Made by a program: the position numbers and the translations under genes
The notes under the pieces: generated by a model
Told to the model about the DNA's origin: nothing
Database searches by the model: none
Seen by the model: the letters and a program-made list of their open reading frames with translations, nothing else
Shown: piece after piece, positions 1 through 13,265 of the stretch
Position numbering within the stretch: the first letter of the stretch is position 1
Layout of the letters: each line of letters opens with the position of its first letter
Source: the human T2T-CHM13v2.0 reference genome, Homo sapiens
Assembly (NCBI RefSeq): GCF_009914755.1
Contig: NC_060933.1
Reading direction: 5' to 3' (one strand)
Length of the DNA: 64,000 bases

Positions 1-109
1 TGGGGTTTCACCGTGTTAGCCAGGATGGTCTCGATCTCCTGACCTTGTGATCCACCCACTTTGGCCTCCCAAAGTGGTGGGATTACAGATGTGAGCCACT
101 GCACCCAGC
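1..109 (-). mobile_element. Alu left-arm portion (AluSc/AluY-like), cut by window edge
   Basis: Reverse-complement Alu: ttagccaggatggtctcgatctcctgaccttgtgatcc...gggattacagatgtgagccactgcacccagc. Confidence 0.95.
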
Positions 110-1607
110 TGATGCGCTCTTGAAAGCACCACCTCCTGGCTGGAGGTAAACCAACACACAAGCAGTGCACTAAACAAAAATACAACCAAACACCCTCACA
201 GAGTCCACTTTTCTACCCTGCTACCTTCACCAGAATAGGTGCTAGTATTCAGGCTGAAAGACCTGAAGATGGATCACATCACAGGACTCTTTGCAGACAT
301 TTCCCAGTACCAGTCTGGAGCCCAGTAATTCCACTAGATGGCTAGACCCAGAAGAGCAAAAACAATCACTGCAGTTAGGCTCTCAGGAAGCCCCATTCCT
401 AGGGGAAGAGGGAGAATACCACATCAAGGGAGCATCCCATGGGGCAAAATAATCTGAACAGCAGCCCTGGAATCCCAGATCTTCCCTCTGACATAGTCTA
501 CTCAAATGAGAAGGAACCAGAAAACAATTCTGGTAATATGACAAAACAAGGTTTCTTCACACCCCCAAAAGATCACATCAGCTCACCAGCAATGAATCGA
601 AACCAAGATGAAATCTCTGAATTGCCAGAAAAAGAATTCAAAAGGTTGATTATTAAGCTAATTAAAAAGGTACCAGAGAAAGGTGAAGCCCAAATTAAAA
701 AAATCAAGAACATGATACAGGATATGAAAGGAAAAATTTTCAGTTAAATTGATAGCATTAATAAAACACAGTCACAACCTCTGGAAATCAAGGACACACT
801 TAGAGAAATGCAAACTGCATGGGAACATCTCAGCAAAAGAGTTGAACAAGCAACAGAATTGCACAAGCAAAAGAAAGAACTTCAGAGCTCAAAGACAAGG
901 CTTTTGAATTAACCAAATCCATCGAAGACAAACAATAAAGATTTTTAAAAAATGAACAAAGCCTCCAAGAAGTTTGGGACTATGCTAAATGTCCAAACCT
1001 AAGAATAATTGGTTTTCCAGAGGAAGAAGAGACATCTAAAAGTTTGGAAAATATGTTTGAGGGAATAATTGAGGAAAACTTCCCTGGCCTTGCTAGAGAC
1101 CTGGACATCCCAATACAGGTAGCTCAAAGAACACCTGGGAAATTCATTGCAAAAAGATCATTGCCTAGGCACATTGTCATCAGTTTATCTAAAGTCAAGA
1201 CAAAGGAAAGAATCTTCTGAGCTGTGAGGCAAAAACATCAGGTAACCTATAGAAGAAAACCTATCAGATTAGCAGCAGATTTCTCAGCAGAAACACGACA
1301 AGCTAGAAGGGATTGGGGTCCTATTTTTACCCTCCTTAAACAAAACAATTATCAACTAAGAATTTTCTATTCAGCAAAACTAAACTTCATAAATGAAGGA
1401 TAGATACAGTCTTTTCCAGACAAACAAATGCTGACAGAATTTGCCACCACCAAGCCAGCACTACGAGAACTGCTAAAAGGAGCTCTAAATCTTGAATCAA
1501 ATCCTGGAAACACAACAAATAGAACCTCCTTAAAGCATAAATCTCACAGGACCTATATAACAATAACACAATGAAAAAAAAAACAAGGCATTCAGGCAAC
1601 AAATAAT

Positions 1608-4600
1608 ATGATGAATAGAATAGCACCTCACATCTCAATACTAATATTGAATGTAAACGGCCTAAATCCTACACTTAAAAGATACAAAATGGCAGAATGG
1701 ATAAGAATTCACCAACCAAGTATCTGCTGTCTTCAAGAGACTTGTCTAACACGTAAGAACCCATACAAAGTTAAGGTAAAGGGGTGGAAAAAGAAATTCT
1801 GTGCAAATGGACACCAAAAGTGATCAAGAGTAGTTAATCTTATTAGACAAAACAAACTTTAAAGCAAAAGCAGTTAAAAAAGACAAAGAGGGACATTATA
1901 ATGATAAAAGAGGGACATTTTATAATGATAAAAGGACTAGTTCAACAGGAAAATATCACAATCCTAAATATATGTGTCCCCAACACTGGAGCTTCCAAAT
2001 TTATAAAACAGTTACTACTAGACCTAAGAAATGATGTAGATGGCAACACAGTAATAGTGGGGACTTTAATACTCCACTGGCAGCACTAGACAGATCATCA
2101 AGACAGAAAGTCAACAAACAAACAATGGACTTAAACTATACACTACAACAAATGAACTAATCAGATATTTACAGAACATTCTACCCAACAATTGCAGAAT
2201 ATACATTCTATTCATCAGCACATGGAACATTCTCCAAGGCAGATCATATAACAGGCCACAAAACAAGTCCCAATAAATTTTAAAAATTCAAAATTGCATC
2301 AAGTACTCTCTCAGACCACAGTGGAATAAAATTGAAAATCAACTCCAAAAGAAGTCCTCAAAACAATGTACATGGAAATTAAATAACCTGCTCCTGAATG
2401 ATCATTGGGTCAACAATGAAATCAAGATGGAAATTAAAAAAAATTATTTGAACTGAATGATAATAGTGACACAACCTATCAAAGCCTCTGGAATACAGCA
2501 AAAGTGTTGCTAAGAGGAAAGTTCGTAGCATTAATGTCTGAAAGAGCACAAATAGACAATCTAAAGTCACACCTCATGGAACTGAAGCAAAAAGTCTGAA
2601 AGAGCACAAACAGACAATCTAAAGTCACACCTCATGGAACTGGAGAAGCAAGAACAATCCAAACCCAAACCCAGCAGAAGAAAAAAATAATTAAGATCAG
2701 AGTACAACTAAATGAAATTGAAACAAAAAAATATAAAAGGGAAATGAGAAAAAAAAAGCTGGTGCTTTGAAAAGATAAATAAAATTGTGAGACCATTAGT
2801 GAGATTAACCAAGAAAATAAGAGAGAAGATCCAAATAAACTCAATTGGAAACAAAATGGGAGATATTACAACTGATACAACAGAAATACAAAAGATAATT
2901 CAAGGCTATTATGAACACCTTCACACACATAAACTAGAAAAGCTAGAGGAGATGGATAAATTCCTGGAAATATATATACAACTCTCCCAGATTAAACCAG
3001 GAAGATATTGAATCTCTGAACAGACCAATAACAAGCAGCAAGATTGAAATGGTAGTTTAAAAACTGCCAACAACAAAAAAACGTCTCGGACCAGACGGAT
3101 TCATAGCTGAATTTTATTAGACATTGAAAGAAGAGTTGGTACCAATTTTGTTGACACTATTCCACAGGATAGAGAAAGAAGGAATCCTCCTTAAATCATT
3201 CTATGAAACCAGTATCACCCTAATATCCAAACCAAGGAGGAACATAACAAAAAGAGAAAACTACAGACCAATATCCTTGATGAATATAGATGCAAAAATC
3301 CTCAACAAAATACTAGCGAACTGAATCCAACGGCATATCAAAAAGATAATCCACCATGATCAAGTGGGTTTCACTCTAGGGATGCAGGGATGGTTTCACA
3401 TACGTAAGTCAACACATGTGATACACCACATAAAAAGAATTAAAAACAAAAATCACATGATCATCTCAATAGATGCAGAAAAAGCATTTAACAAAATCCT
3501 GCATTCCTTTATGATTAAAATCCTCAGCAAAATCAGCATAGAAGGGAAATACCTTAAGGTAACAGAAGCCATCAACGACAAATCCACAGCCAACATTATA
3601 CTGAATGGGGAAAAGTTGGAAGCATTCCCCCTGAGAACTGTAACAAAACAAGGGTGCCCACTTTCACCACTTCTATTCAATATATTACTGGAAGTCCTGG
3701 CCAGAGCACTCAGACAAGAGAAGGACATAAAGGGCATCCAAATTGGTAAGAGGAAGTCAAACTGTCGCTGTTTGCTAATGATATGATCGTATAGCTAGAA
3801 AACCCTAAAGACGCATTCAAAAAGCCCTAGAACTGGTAAATGAATTCAGCAAAGTTTCAAGATACAAAATTAATGTACACAAATCAGTAGCTATGCTATA
3901 CACTAACAGTAACCAAGCTGAGAATCAAATTAAGAACTCAACCCATTTCACAATAACTGCAAAACAAACAAACAAAAAATGTAGGAATATACCTAACCAA
4001 GGATGTGAAAGACCGCTACAAGAAAAACTACAAAGCACTGCTGAAAAAATCATAAATGACACAAACAAATGGAAACATATCCCATGCTGATGGATGTGTA
4101 GAATCAATATCGTGAAAGTGACCACACTGCCAAAAGCAATCTACAAATTCAATGCAATTCTCATCAAAATACCATTATCATTCTTCACAGAACTAGAAAA
4201 AAGTATCCTAAAATTCATATGGAACCCAAAAAGGGCCCACACTGCCATGCCAAGATGAAGCAAAAAGAAGAAATCTGGAGACATCACATTACCCAACTTC
4301 AAAGTATACTACAACGCCACAGTAGCCAAAACAACATGATGCTAGTATAAAGATAGGCACATAGACCAATGAAATGGCATGAAGAATGCAGAAATAAAGC
4401 CAAATACATACATTCAACTGATCTTCAACAAAGCAAACAAAAACAAAAAGTAGGGAAAGGACACCCTATTCAATAAATGGTTCTGGATAATTTGCAAGCC
4501 ACATGTAGAAGAATGAAACTAGATCCCCATCTCTCACCTTATACAAAAATCAACTCAAGATGGATCAAAGACTTAAATCTAAAACCTGAAACCATAAAAA

Positions 4601-5690
4601 TGTTAGAAGACAACATCAGAAAAACCTTTCTAGACATTGGGTTAGGCAAAGACTTTATGACCAAGAACCCAAAAGCAAATGCAACAAAAACAAAGATAAA
4701 TAGATGGGAGTTAATTAAAAGCGTCTGCACAGCAAAAGAAACAGTCAGCAGCATTAACTGAAAACCCACAGAGTGGGAGAAAATCTTCAAAATCTATACA
4801 TCTGACAAAGGACTAATATCCAGAATCTACAAAGAACTCAAACAAATCGGCAAGAAAAAAACAAACAATCCCATCAAAAAGTGGGCTAAGAACATGAATA
4901 GACAATTCTCAAAAGAAGTTATACAAATGACAAACAAGCATGTGGAAAAACGCATAACATCACCAATTATCAAATCAAAATCATGATGTGATACCACCTT
5001 ACTCCTGAAATAATGGCCATAATAAAAAAATAATAGATTTTGTCATGGATATGGGGAAAAGGGAACACTTTTATACTGTTGGCAGGAATGTAAACTGGTA
5101 TAACCTCTATGGAAAACAGTGTGGAGATTCTTTAAATAACTAAGAGTTGGCTGGGCTTGGTGGCTCACACCTATAATCCCAGCACTTTGGGAGGCCAAAG
5201 TGGGCAGATCATGAGGTCAGGAGATTGAGACCATCCTGGCTAACAAGGTGAAATCCCGTCTCTACTAAAAATACAAAAAATTAGCCAGTCATGGTGGCGG
5301 GTACCTGTAGTCCCAGCTAATTGGGAGGCTGAGGCAGGAGAATGGCTTGAATCTGGGAAGGTGGAGTTTGCAGTGAGCAGAGATCATGCCACTGCACTCC
5401 AGCCTAGACAACAGAGCGAGACTCCATCTCAAAAACAAACAAACAAAACTAAAAGTAGGTCTACCGTTCAATTCAGCAATCTCACTCCTGAGTATCTACC
5501 CAGAGGAAAAGAAGTCATTATACAAAAAAGATATTTGCACATGTATGTTTATAGCAGTAAAATTTGCAATTGCAAAAATACAGAACCAGCCCAAATGCCC
5601 ATCAATCAATGACTGGATAAAGAAAATGTGGTATATATATATATATGTATATACACCATGGAACACTACTCAGCCATAAAATGGAATGAA
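1608..5690 (+). pseudogene. Disabled L1 ORF2 (endonuclease / reverse transcriptase)
   Basis: ORF fragments 1608-1823, 1901-2089, 2787-3011, 3124-3324, 3364-3786, 4477-4761 and 5386-5679 are collinear pieces of L1 ORF2p, split by frameshifts and an Alu. Confidence 0.9.
5149..5447 (+). mobile_element. Full-length Alu (AluY/AluSc-like) inserted into L1PB ORF2
   Basis: ggctgggcttggtggctcac...gagaccatcctggctaac...gactccatctc plus A/AAAC tail. Approximate TSD aactaagagt / aactaaaagt. The L1 sequence resumes afterwards. Confidence 0.95.
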
Positions 5691-5832
5691 ATAATGGCAT
5701 TTGCAGCAACCTGGATGGAATTAAAGACTATTATTCTAAGTGAAGTAACTCATGAATGGAAAACCAAACATTGTATGTTCTCGCTCATAAGTGGGGGCTA
5801 AGCTATGAGGATGCAAAGGCAAAAGAATGACA

Positions 5833-5960
5833 GATTTTGTATATATATATATAATAATTATATATATTTATATTTATAATATATATTTATAAATAATTAT
5901 GTATCATATATAGGATATATATATAAAATCTATCCTATATATCATATATCCATGTATATT
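5833..5960. repeat. AT-rich (TA)n low-complexity tract with inverted repeats
   Basis: Near-pure A/T alternating sequence directly after the L1 truncation point. Confidence 0.9.
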
Positions 5961-7029
5961 TCCTTGCCATAGGGAAACATTAAAAAAGATCAGCTCATTG
6001 GGTATCCAGAAATAGAAACAGCTTGATCTTCATGAGGTAGTAGGGCAAGAGCTGTCTTTAAAGAATTAGACCAATATGAGCAGGAGTCCCTGGGACAATT
6101 GGGAAGTTGTTTTCACAGCTTTGTTTACTTACCAACTGACCAAACATGAAAGATAAAACCCAATATGTGCCAAGGGCTCCCCTTTTTACACTCTCTTTGG
6201 CATATTCCACATTTCTAAATTATTCATTTGAGAAGCACACTTTGCACTTTTTATTAAACACATGATCGGGCTGGATTTCTCTGTAGTAGGAGACTTAATT
6301 TGCCAGTGAACTATGGCTTCAGGTTGGCCATCTGGAAAAATAAACTCCTCAACAGCCATGTAATTTGTCTTTTGTCTGGTTTCAGGCAGTGGATTTTTGG
6401 GGATTTGTATTGAGCAAACAGCAAGCAGGCGCTTTCCTGCCTCCTTGAAGCCCTCTTTCCTTCTCTTAGGGTATCTTGCTAAGTTACAAGTTAACAAATG
6501 GTTCTTACTCCTGTAATGTCTTTGTCAACACTTTGTATATATGAACCTAATTTTCAATAAAACAAAACAGCTTTCCTTTTCTACTCAGGGAGGCAATGCC
6601 ATATGGACCAAAGCCTGAGGTCAGAAAAAGCATATTGCCTGGAAGGCAGGCGGATGCACCAGCTGTGCTTTTTGCACCAGAGGGTGAGGGGGTGGAAGGA
6701 GGAGACCTTTCTGGCTCAGCTCATAATGCTTTCCTCCCCCACCTCCTCAACCCACCAAGTTACTAGCCTGGTTGTTTGGGAAATGTCACAGGAGACAATT
6801 CTCATGTTTTCCTAAATCTAATTGTAAGTTTTCCCCAAAGTCTAAATACCAGGTCGTCTTTGTTACATCTCAGCATGTAAGAAATACAGCTTGACAAGCC
6901 AACATCAAAACCCCATGTGCTCAGATAAACACCACAGTTCCTGATAATTTGCATTTGTTACAGGTCCAAGTATAGCTGTGGAATCATTCTGCCCTTTCTT
7001 TGATAAGAAAACAACTAGAGGGCCATTCT

Positions 7030-7285
7030 AGTTGTGGTTTAAAACATGGGTGAAGGGGTCAAATAGATCTGGATTCCTGGCCTGATTCTTCTACTTATTA
7101 GCTAAGTTGTCTCGGCTGAATTACCTTACCGTAAGCCTCAATGTTTTACATTTGTATAATGAAGATAATATTGCTAATAATCATGCATTCATTTCTAAAG
7201 GCTTATGATAATTACATGAAATTATGTAGGCATGTAAAAGTGCTAACATAAGTCCGTTAGCATTGGCAAAAGTACTCAATTAATT
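7030..7285 (+). mobile_element. MIR SINE relic
   Basis: ctacttattagct...gcctcaatgttttacatttgtataatgaagataata...atgtaaaagtgctaaca resembles the MIR core. Confidence 0.65.
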
Positions 7286-7818
7286 TTAATTTTAAAAATA
7301 AAATTAAGTAGGCCAAATTTACATTTGTTAGGTTTATACCACATACTACCATACTCTGTGCTAGGTTTTTAATCTGATAATTATACTTACTTCTTAAAGT
7401 TGTATTCTGTGCCAGGAACTAGGCCAAGGACTTCATAGCTACTAATTCTATGATATAAGAATTATTGAAATTCAGAGAGGTTAACTATTATTCCCAAATT
7501 CACTTGTGGAGCTAGGATTAAACCTGGGTGTTCAGACTTTGTTTTTACCAAATCGGTAAACTCCTGACTACATGAAAAAATATAAAACTGCACTCAATTG
7601 CATTAGTATTTCAACAGTGACAGTAATTTCAAACTATTTCTTACAGTCTTCATAGAACAGTAGCCACAGATAATTTAGCCAATGCCATTCCTTTTTTTCA
7701 CTTAATATGTGTGCTGAGCATCTTTATCCATGTCTAGTGCCAAAGAAACCAGTTTCCTTCAGCTATTCCACCAAAGAGGTTTGCTGTCAAAGTCAAAAGC
7801 TGTTCTATTCTACAATTC

Positions 7819-8227
7819 TGTATTCATTTTCTAAGACTGTTGTAACAAAGAACCACAAAGTAGTGGCTTAACAGAAATTTGTTGCTTTAGAGTTCCAGGC
7901 TAGAAATCTGAAATCAAAGTGTTGGCAGGGTTGGCTCTTTCTGAGGGCTTCAAGGGAAGGATGTGTTCCACACCAGTCTCTTTGTCTTGTGGATGTCCAT
8001 CTACTCTGGGTGTCTCCACATTGTTTTCCATTTTGCATATCCCTGTGTCCAAATGTTCTGTTTTTATAAGAACACTAGTCATATTGGATATGGAACACAC
8101 TCTAATTATCATACTTTAACCTGATTACCTCTGTAAAAATGCTATCCTCCAAATAAAGTTACATCCTAACCTACTGGAGGTTAGCACTTCATATGAATTT
8201 GTTGGGGACACAATTCAATTTATAACA
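7819..8227 (-). mobile_element. MLT1 (MLT1C-like) ERVL-MaLR solo LTR
   Basis: tgtattcattttctaagactgttgtaacaaagaaccacaa...gaaatcaaagtgttggcaggg...ggggacacaattcaatttataaca, with TG...CA ends. Confidence 0.85.
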
Positions 8228-8470
8228 GACTTATTAGTGGGAATATGCCTTGTTTGTTGGCAAGTTTAATGTATGAGTTGAACTAGACTGAAGAACACAG
8301 TAAGTCTCAATATTTAACCTAAAGACCATTTCTTTATTGCTTTCACTCTCTTACTTTGTCATCTTCCATCCCACCAAACCCACCAAACTTTAGTTCTTTC
8401 TATGCAAATTATCTTTGCTTGGCACTTTCCATTTCCTCTTCTAACTCCTTAGAGAAGGCTCTTGTTATGC

Positions 8471-9210
8471 TGTAGTGGACAGTGTTGCTTGCTTACCCTA
8501 AAGCTGTTCTTCCCAAAAGGTCTTCCTTGTTTTGACAACTTGCCTCCAAAATGCCAGATGAAGGCTTCTGTTTATTTCACAGTCTTTTTTTTAATATCCA
8601 GAAATGAGATTTCTCCATGTTAGAACTGTTGACATTTTGGGCCAGATAATTCTTTGTTGTGGAGAGCTGCCCTGTGCATTTTAGTATGTTTTAGCAGCAT
8701 CCTTAGCCTCTATGCACCTACATGCCAGTAGCACTCCTTTAGTTGTGAAAAAAGTATCTCCAGACATGATAAGTGTTCCTGGGGGTGGGGATGGCAGAAT
8801 CACTGCTGTTTGAGAGCCGATGAGCTATAGAGCTAGAGTATGGCCACATGACATGGTCTAGGAGACTGGAAGGGATGTTAACTGAAAACTTTCTGGAAAA
8901 AGCACACATCTTTACTGAAAAGAACCTTATGAGAGGTAAGTTCTCGTTTTATTTTTTCTAGAAGAGATTGTGTCTGCCTAGAACTACCACAGCCATTTTG
9001 CCATCCTGAGGGGAGAGACCGCCATCATACCAAGGACGGCAGACTGGGAAAATAGAAATATTTGTGTCCTTGACTGCATTGTCAAGCAACTGAACTAACC
9101 CAGTAACTGTCCTGTATCTAGACTTCTTCTTATGGAGGTGATAAATGCTGTTATTAAGCCAAATTTAATTTGAATATTCTCGTTGCAGCCAAGAGTGTTC
9201 TAAATGACAT
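8471..9210 (+). mobile_element. Old MLT1 (J/K/H-like) LTR, interrupted by MER20
   Basis: gtatggccacatgacatggtcta, cagccattttgccatcctgagg, and ttgcagccaagagtgttctaaatgacata (typical MLT1 3' end). Confidence 0.6.
8606..8822. mobile_element. MER20 hAT-Charlie MITE
   Basis: actgttgacattttgggccagataattctttgttgtggagagctgccctgtgcatt...tagcagcatccttagcctcta...gccagtagcac matches MER20. Confidence 0.9.
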
Positions 9211-12200
9211 ATATCCTAAGAGGGTGGATGCAACAGGTTGCTTTTTAAATTTGTCTACATGTTTAAGTTAAGACTGTATTTTTAGCCATTTCTACACAAA
9301 GATTTAGCAAGATGTACTATTTGTATGTATTTTCCAGAATTGGTGATGGATTTCTGCTTACCTATCCAAAATGGCTTGCTTTACCCTTTAAACAAGAGCA
9401 AACATGGTCTTGATGGTGAGCCTCAGGAGGATTACAGTCTGCCTGATGCACTCAGCGAAGTTTAACTGCCATAAATAAAGACAAAACCCTGGAACTTAGT
9501 ATTATTGTGTGATATATTAATCAGAGGAGGTATTCCAACTGTAGACAGATCAAACTACTAAAGTGTGGCTTTAGCTCATTATCTTCATTTTGTAACATCT
9601 CTGCAGCATTCAACACTGTTATCATTTCCTCCCTCAGAATCTCATCCCTGAATTTCATGATCTTGTATTATTTTGGGTGTTTTCTTATATTTGTCATCAT
9701 TCTTTTCTGCCTCCTTTGTTGTCTTTCCTTCATCCTTTGGAATAAAGGGATTTAGGAGAAAGATGATGTGTTTTGGAGTCAGCCATATATTATATATTAT
9801 TGTTTAATAACCTATAAAATAACCTATATTATTATGTTAAGGTGCATATAATGGTCTCAATTTTGCTCCAATCTGTAAAATGGGAAAATTATATCAGCCT
9901 ACACGTGTTTTGTGTGGAAAGAAAGGGTTAACATGTAGTAGATTGTTGGCACTCAAGAAATATTTTCCTTTCCAACGTTTTCATAACTTTGGATAGTTCC
10001 CAACTCTGTATTTTCAGCCTTCATTTTCAATAAATGTTGCTCAATAAAAATTAATAGCATCTTAAAGCTTCAACTTCATGTTAGTATGGGTCTCAAAGAC
10101 GTCCTGTCACTCTCTCTTTGACGTCTTCTCAATGACCTACAAGACATCTCTATTAGATTGTCTAATCATCTATGTTAAAATAAACATTGCTAAACAAACT
10201 CACAATTTTACTTACTCAGAAACACTTTCTTTTCTAATTCTATAATTTAAAAAAACAGAATTACTTGCACAGCCACATAAACTTGTGAAACGTAAGTACA
10301 TATAGCACCTTAAGCAATGCCACTCTGGTGAACCTGAGTCCGTATTTTACCATTTATTGTGGCTGAGTCAGCTCTCTGAGCCCATTTTTACATATATAAG
10401 TGTAGTTATGAGGCAGAGAAATAATATATGTCAAGTGAATGACACACCTCCTAGGGCTTTAATAAATGCCAAATAGCACTGCTTTATTGTTAACAATAAG
10501 GTTAACAGTTTTATATAGAATAGTTTTATTTATCATCTAAAAGCTGATATAATTAAGGGATGTAAAAAACATCAAGGCAGGGAGGTAAACGGAGAAAGAA
10601 TAAGAAACATTAATATTAAGTATATGTGAAAGAATATGTGCTAGTTATTCATTATGTACTTATCGTGTGCCAGGAACAATCTAAACCTTCAAGTGTAGTA
10701 TATTGAAGCCTGTGTGAGCTACTGAAGCAGTACCAAAGTGGAAGAACACACTGAGCTGTGACACTTAGTAATTATGCAACCTCAGATATATCACTTAGCC
10801 TTTATAAGTCTTAGCACATTCTTCAGAAAAATTGGATAATATCACTTACCTCACTTTGTATGTTCATGATGAAATCACAAAAAGGACAAAGTGTTTTGCA
10901 TGAGCAACAGAGACTCATTTTTAGCTAAATGATATCCAGGCTGGGATTCAGAGATTTCCCCAAACTGTGTTGTGACAGAAAGCCCAAACGCTTGCTAATG
11001 CCCATCTCATCAATAAGATGGTCATCATTGCATATATTAGGGCCATCCATGTTAGCCCGGACGGGAGACTCTTAAAATACCAATGGAATAGTAGAAAACA
11101 CTCTTCACAAAATGTTTAACACTAGGTCTAGGGGTTTGGGGTAGTATATGTACATTCAAGATAATTCACAAATTTTCTTGGAAAATCTTAAGTCCCCTAA
11201 AAGCTGACTCTTCTTCTTAAAAAAGTGAGCATGGTTCAGCTGGAGCGCTACGCCACACACCCCCTACCTTTGTTATCACTCACTGACAGTACTAATTTGG
11301 GTGATGGAAAGCCTGATATTTCCTGCTGTAGCACTCGTCTAGAATTTTGATGTCATTTGATACTTCCAGTATAATAAGCTCCACTTAAATGGGAGGACTC
11401 CTGTCCTATGAATTTTATGTCAACTCTTCTATATTAGTCCAGAAATTAGAATGATTGGAGAACTACTTGTCCAGTTTGAAGTTGGATGTTGTCTAGGAAG
11501 TGAGGCCACCATCTGGAGCTGAGAGTTTCAGCCTAACTACTGATTCTCCACAAACAATATCTACGGACATGTACAGGGCCTCAAGAAATTTTTAAATCCA
11601 GAAGGTATTATGGACCACTCCCATGCAGTGCTAGGAAGAAGAACCTTAGAAGACCATATCTTTTGTTTGAACAAACAAGAGAATGACATGGTGTTTTTGC
11701 TGACACAGCCCACATGCATTTGGAATGAATCTTTAGAGGATTTGCCAGGAGAAAAACTTTATCCTGAGGTGCAAAAAAGAGTTTCTGGAGGGAGTGAGAT
11801 TTGTTTGAACCTGTATACTGATTGATTTCTCAAATGGCATTGAAGGTGGAGGCGTTGGTGGACAGCAGGGAGTGGGTGAATAAAAAGACTGCCTTTCTTG
11901 TGCATGCGAAAGCCTGTCACTTAGGGGCATGTGCCTAATTATTTCTGTTTCACGCATGGGTGCCCTGTTTGCTAAAGGTGTTGTGAAAAGTTGCCAAGAG
12001 ATAAATTCAACTGTTTATGAGAATCATTATGAGGTTCAGTGTTTATTTCCCTGGCACCCTCCAAGATCTATAACTTCGAGCTGAACAGCTGTTTTCTGGT
12101 GCTTGTAAATAGGACTATTTAAATGTCTTAAACACATTGTTTAAAAAAAGTACACAAAACAGGATGCCTTTCTAGCATTGGGAAAACTGTAAGAAGAAGG

Positions 12201-12833
12201 AAAGGAAACTTTATCATTTGGCTATTGCTAACATTTATTGTGTGACTGGGATAGTGTTACATTCCCTCAGTGCTGGTTATAAAGATTATAATTAAGTGGG
12301 CGGTCTCTGTAGACCAACTCAGAAGTGCTTCTCCTTCTCAGGTTTTAGCTAGTGCCTTACTTAAATAGGAGCTGGAAAAGCAAAATAAGATCTTTGAAGC
12401 CACACAATGTCTGGTCTGTTTTGGCTAACTGCATTGTAATATAACTGACATTATAGCAGGTAGCAGGATAATTCATGTCAGAAACAGTACAATTCCATGT
12501 TTTATTTATAACAAGGAACAAAATGTGCATTGCCATAATTCTGTGCAACCACTTCCTCACTGACTAAAGAAAGCGATGACTTGGTCAATTGTTGACCTGA
12601 AAGTAGTATCAAAATGGCTATTGTGCAGCACCAGTTTATCAAAGTAATATTTTAAAACCTGAGCCTTTAAATTCGAAAGGACAAGCTCAGAAGTTCCTCT
12701 TTTCCTTTACTAAGCTCCTAGCAATCTGTCTCATGGCTTCTAAAATGACATCCAGCTTGGTTCTCCAACATGTGTGCAAATGGAAGCCAAAGCTTAGTAA
12801 TCGTCAGGGTAGGGGTAGGGAAATTATGGCTCA

Positions 12834-13265
<432 letters not shown>

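Larger units (their letters stand above)
110..5832 (+). mobile_element. Near-full-length degenerate LINE-1, L1PB-like (probably L1PB1), lacking the 3' terminus and poly(A)
   Basis: ORF1-like frame at 439-747 (EISELPEKEFKRLIIKL). ORF2 endonuclease (ILNVNGLN, CCLQET), RT ([26 protein letters not shown]) and C-terminal fragments. 3'UTR gtgggggctaagctatgaggatgcaaaggc resembles L1PB. Many stops and frameshifts. Confidence 0.93.

Noticed and set aside
439-5679. ORFs with endonuclease and reverse-transcriptase motifs as a possible active or novel retroelement
   Set aside because: Ordinary L1 ORF1/ORF2 remnants with many stops, frameshifts and an Alu insertion; not functional. The same applies to 39965-45215.
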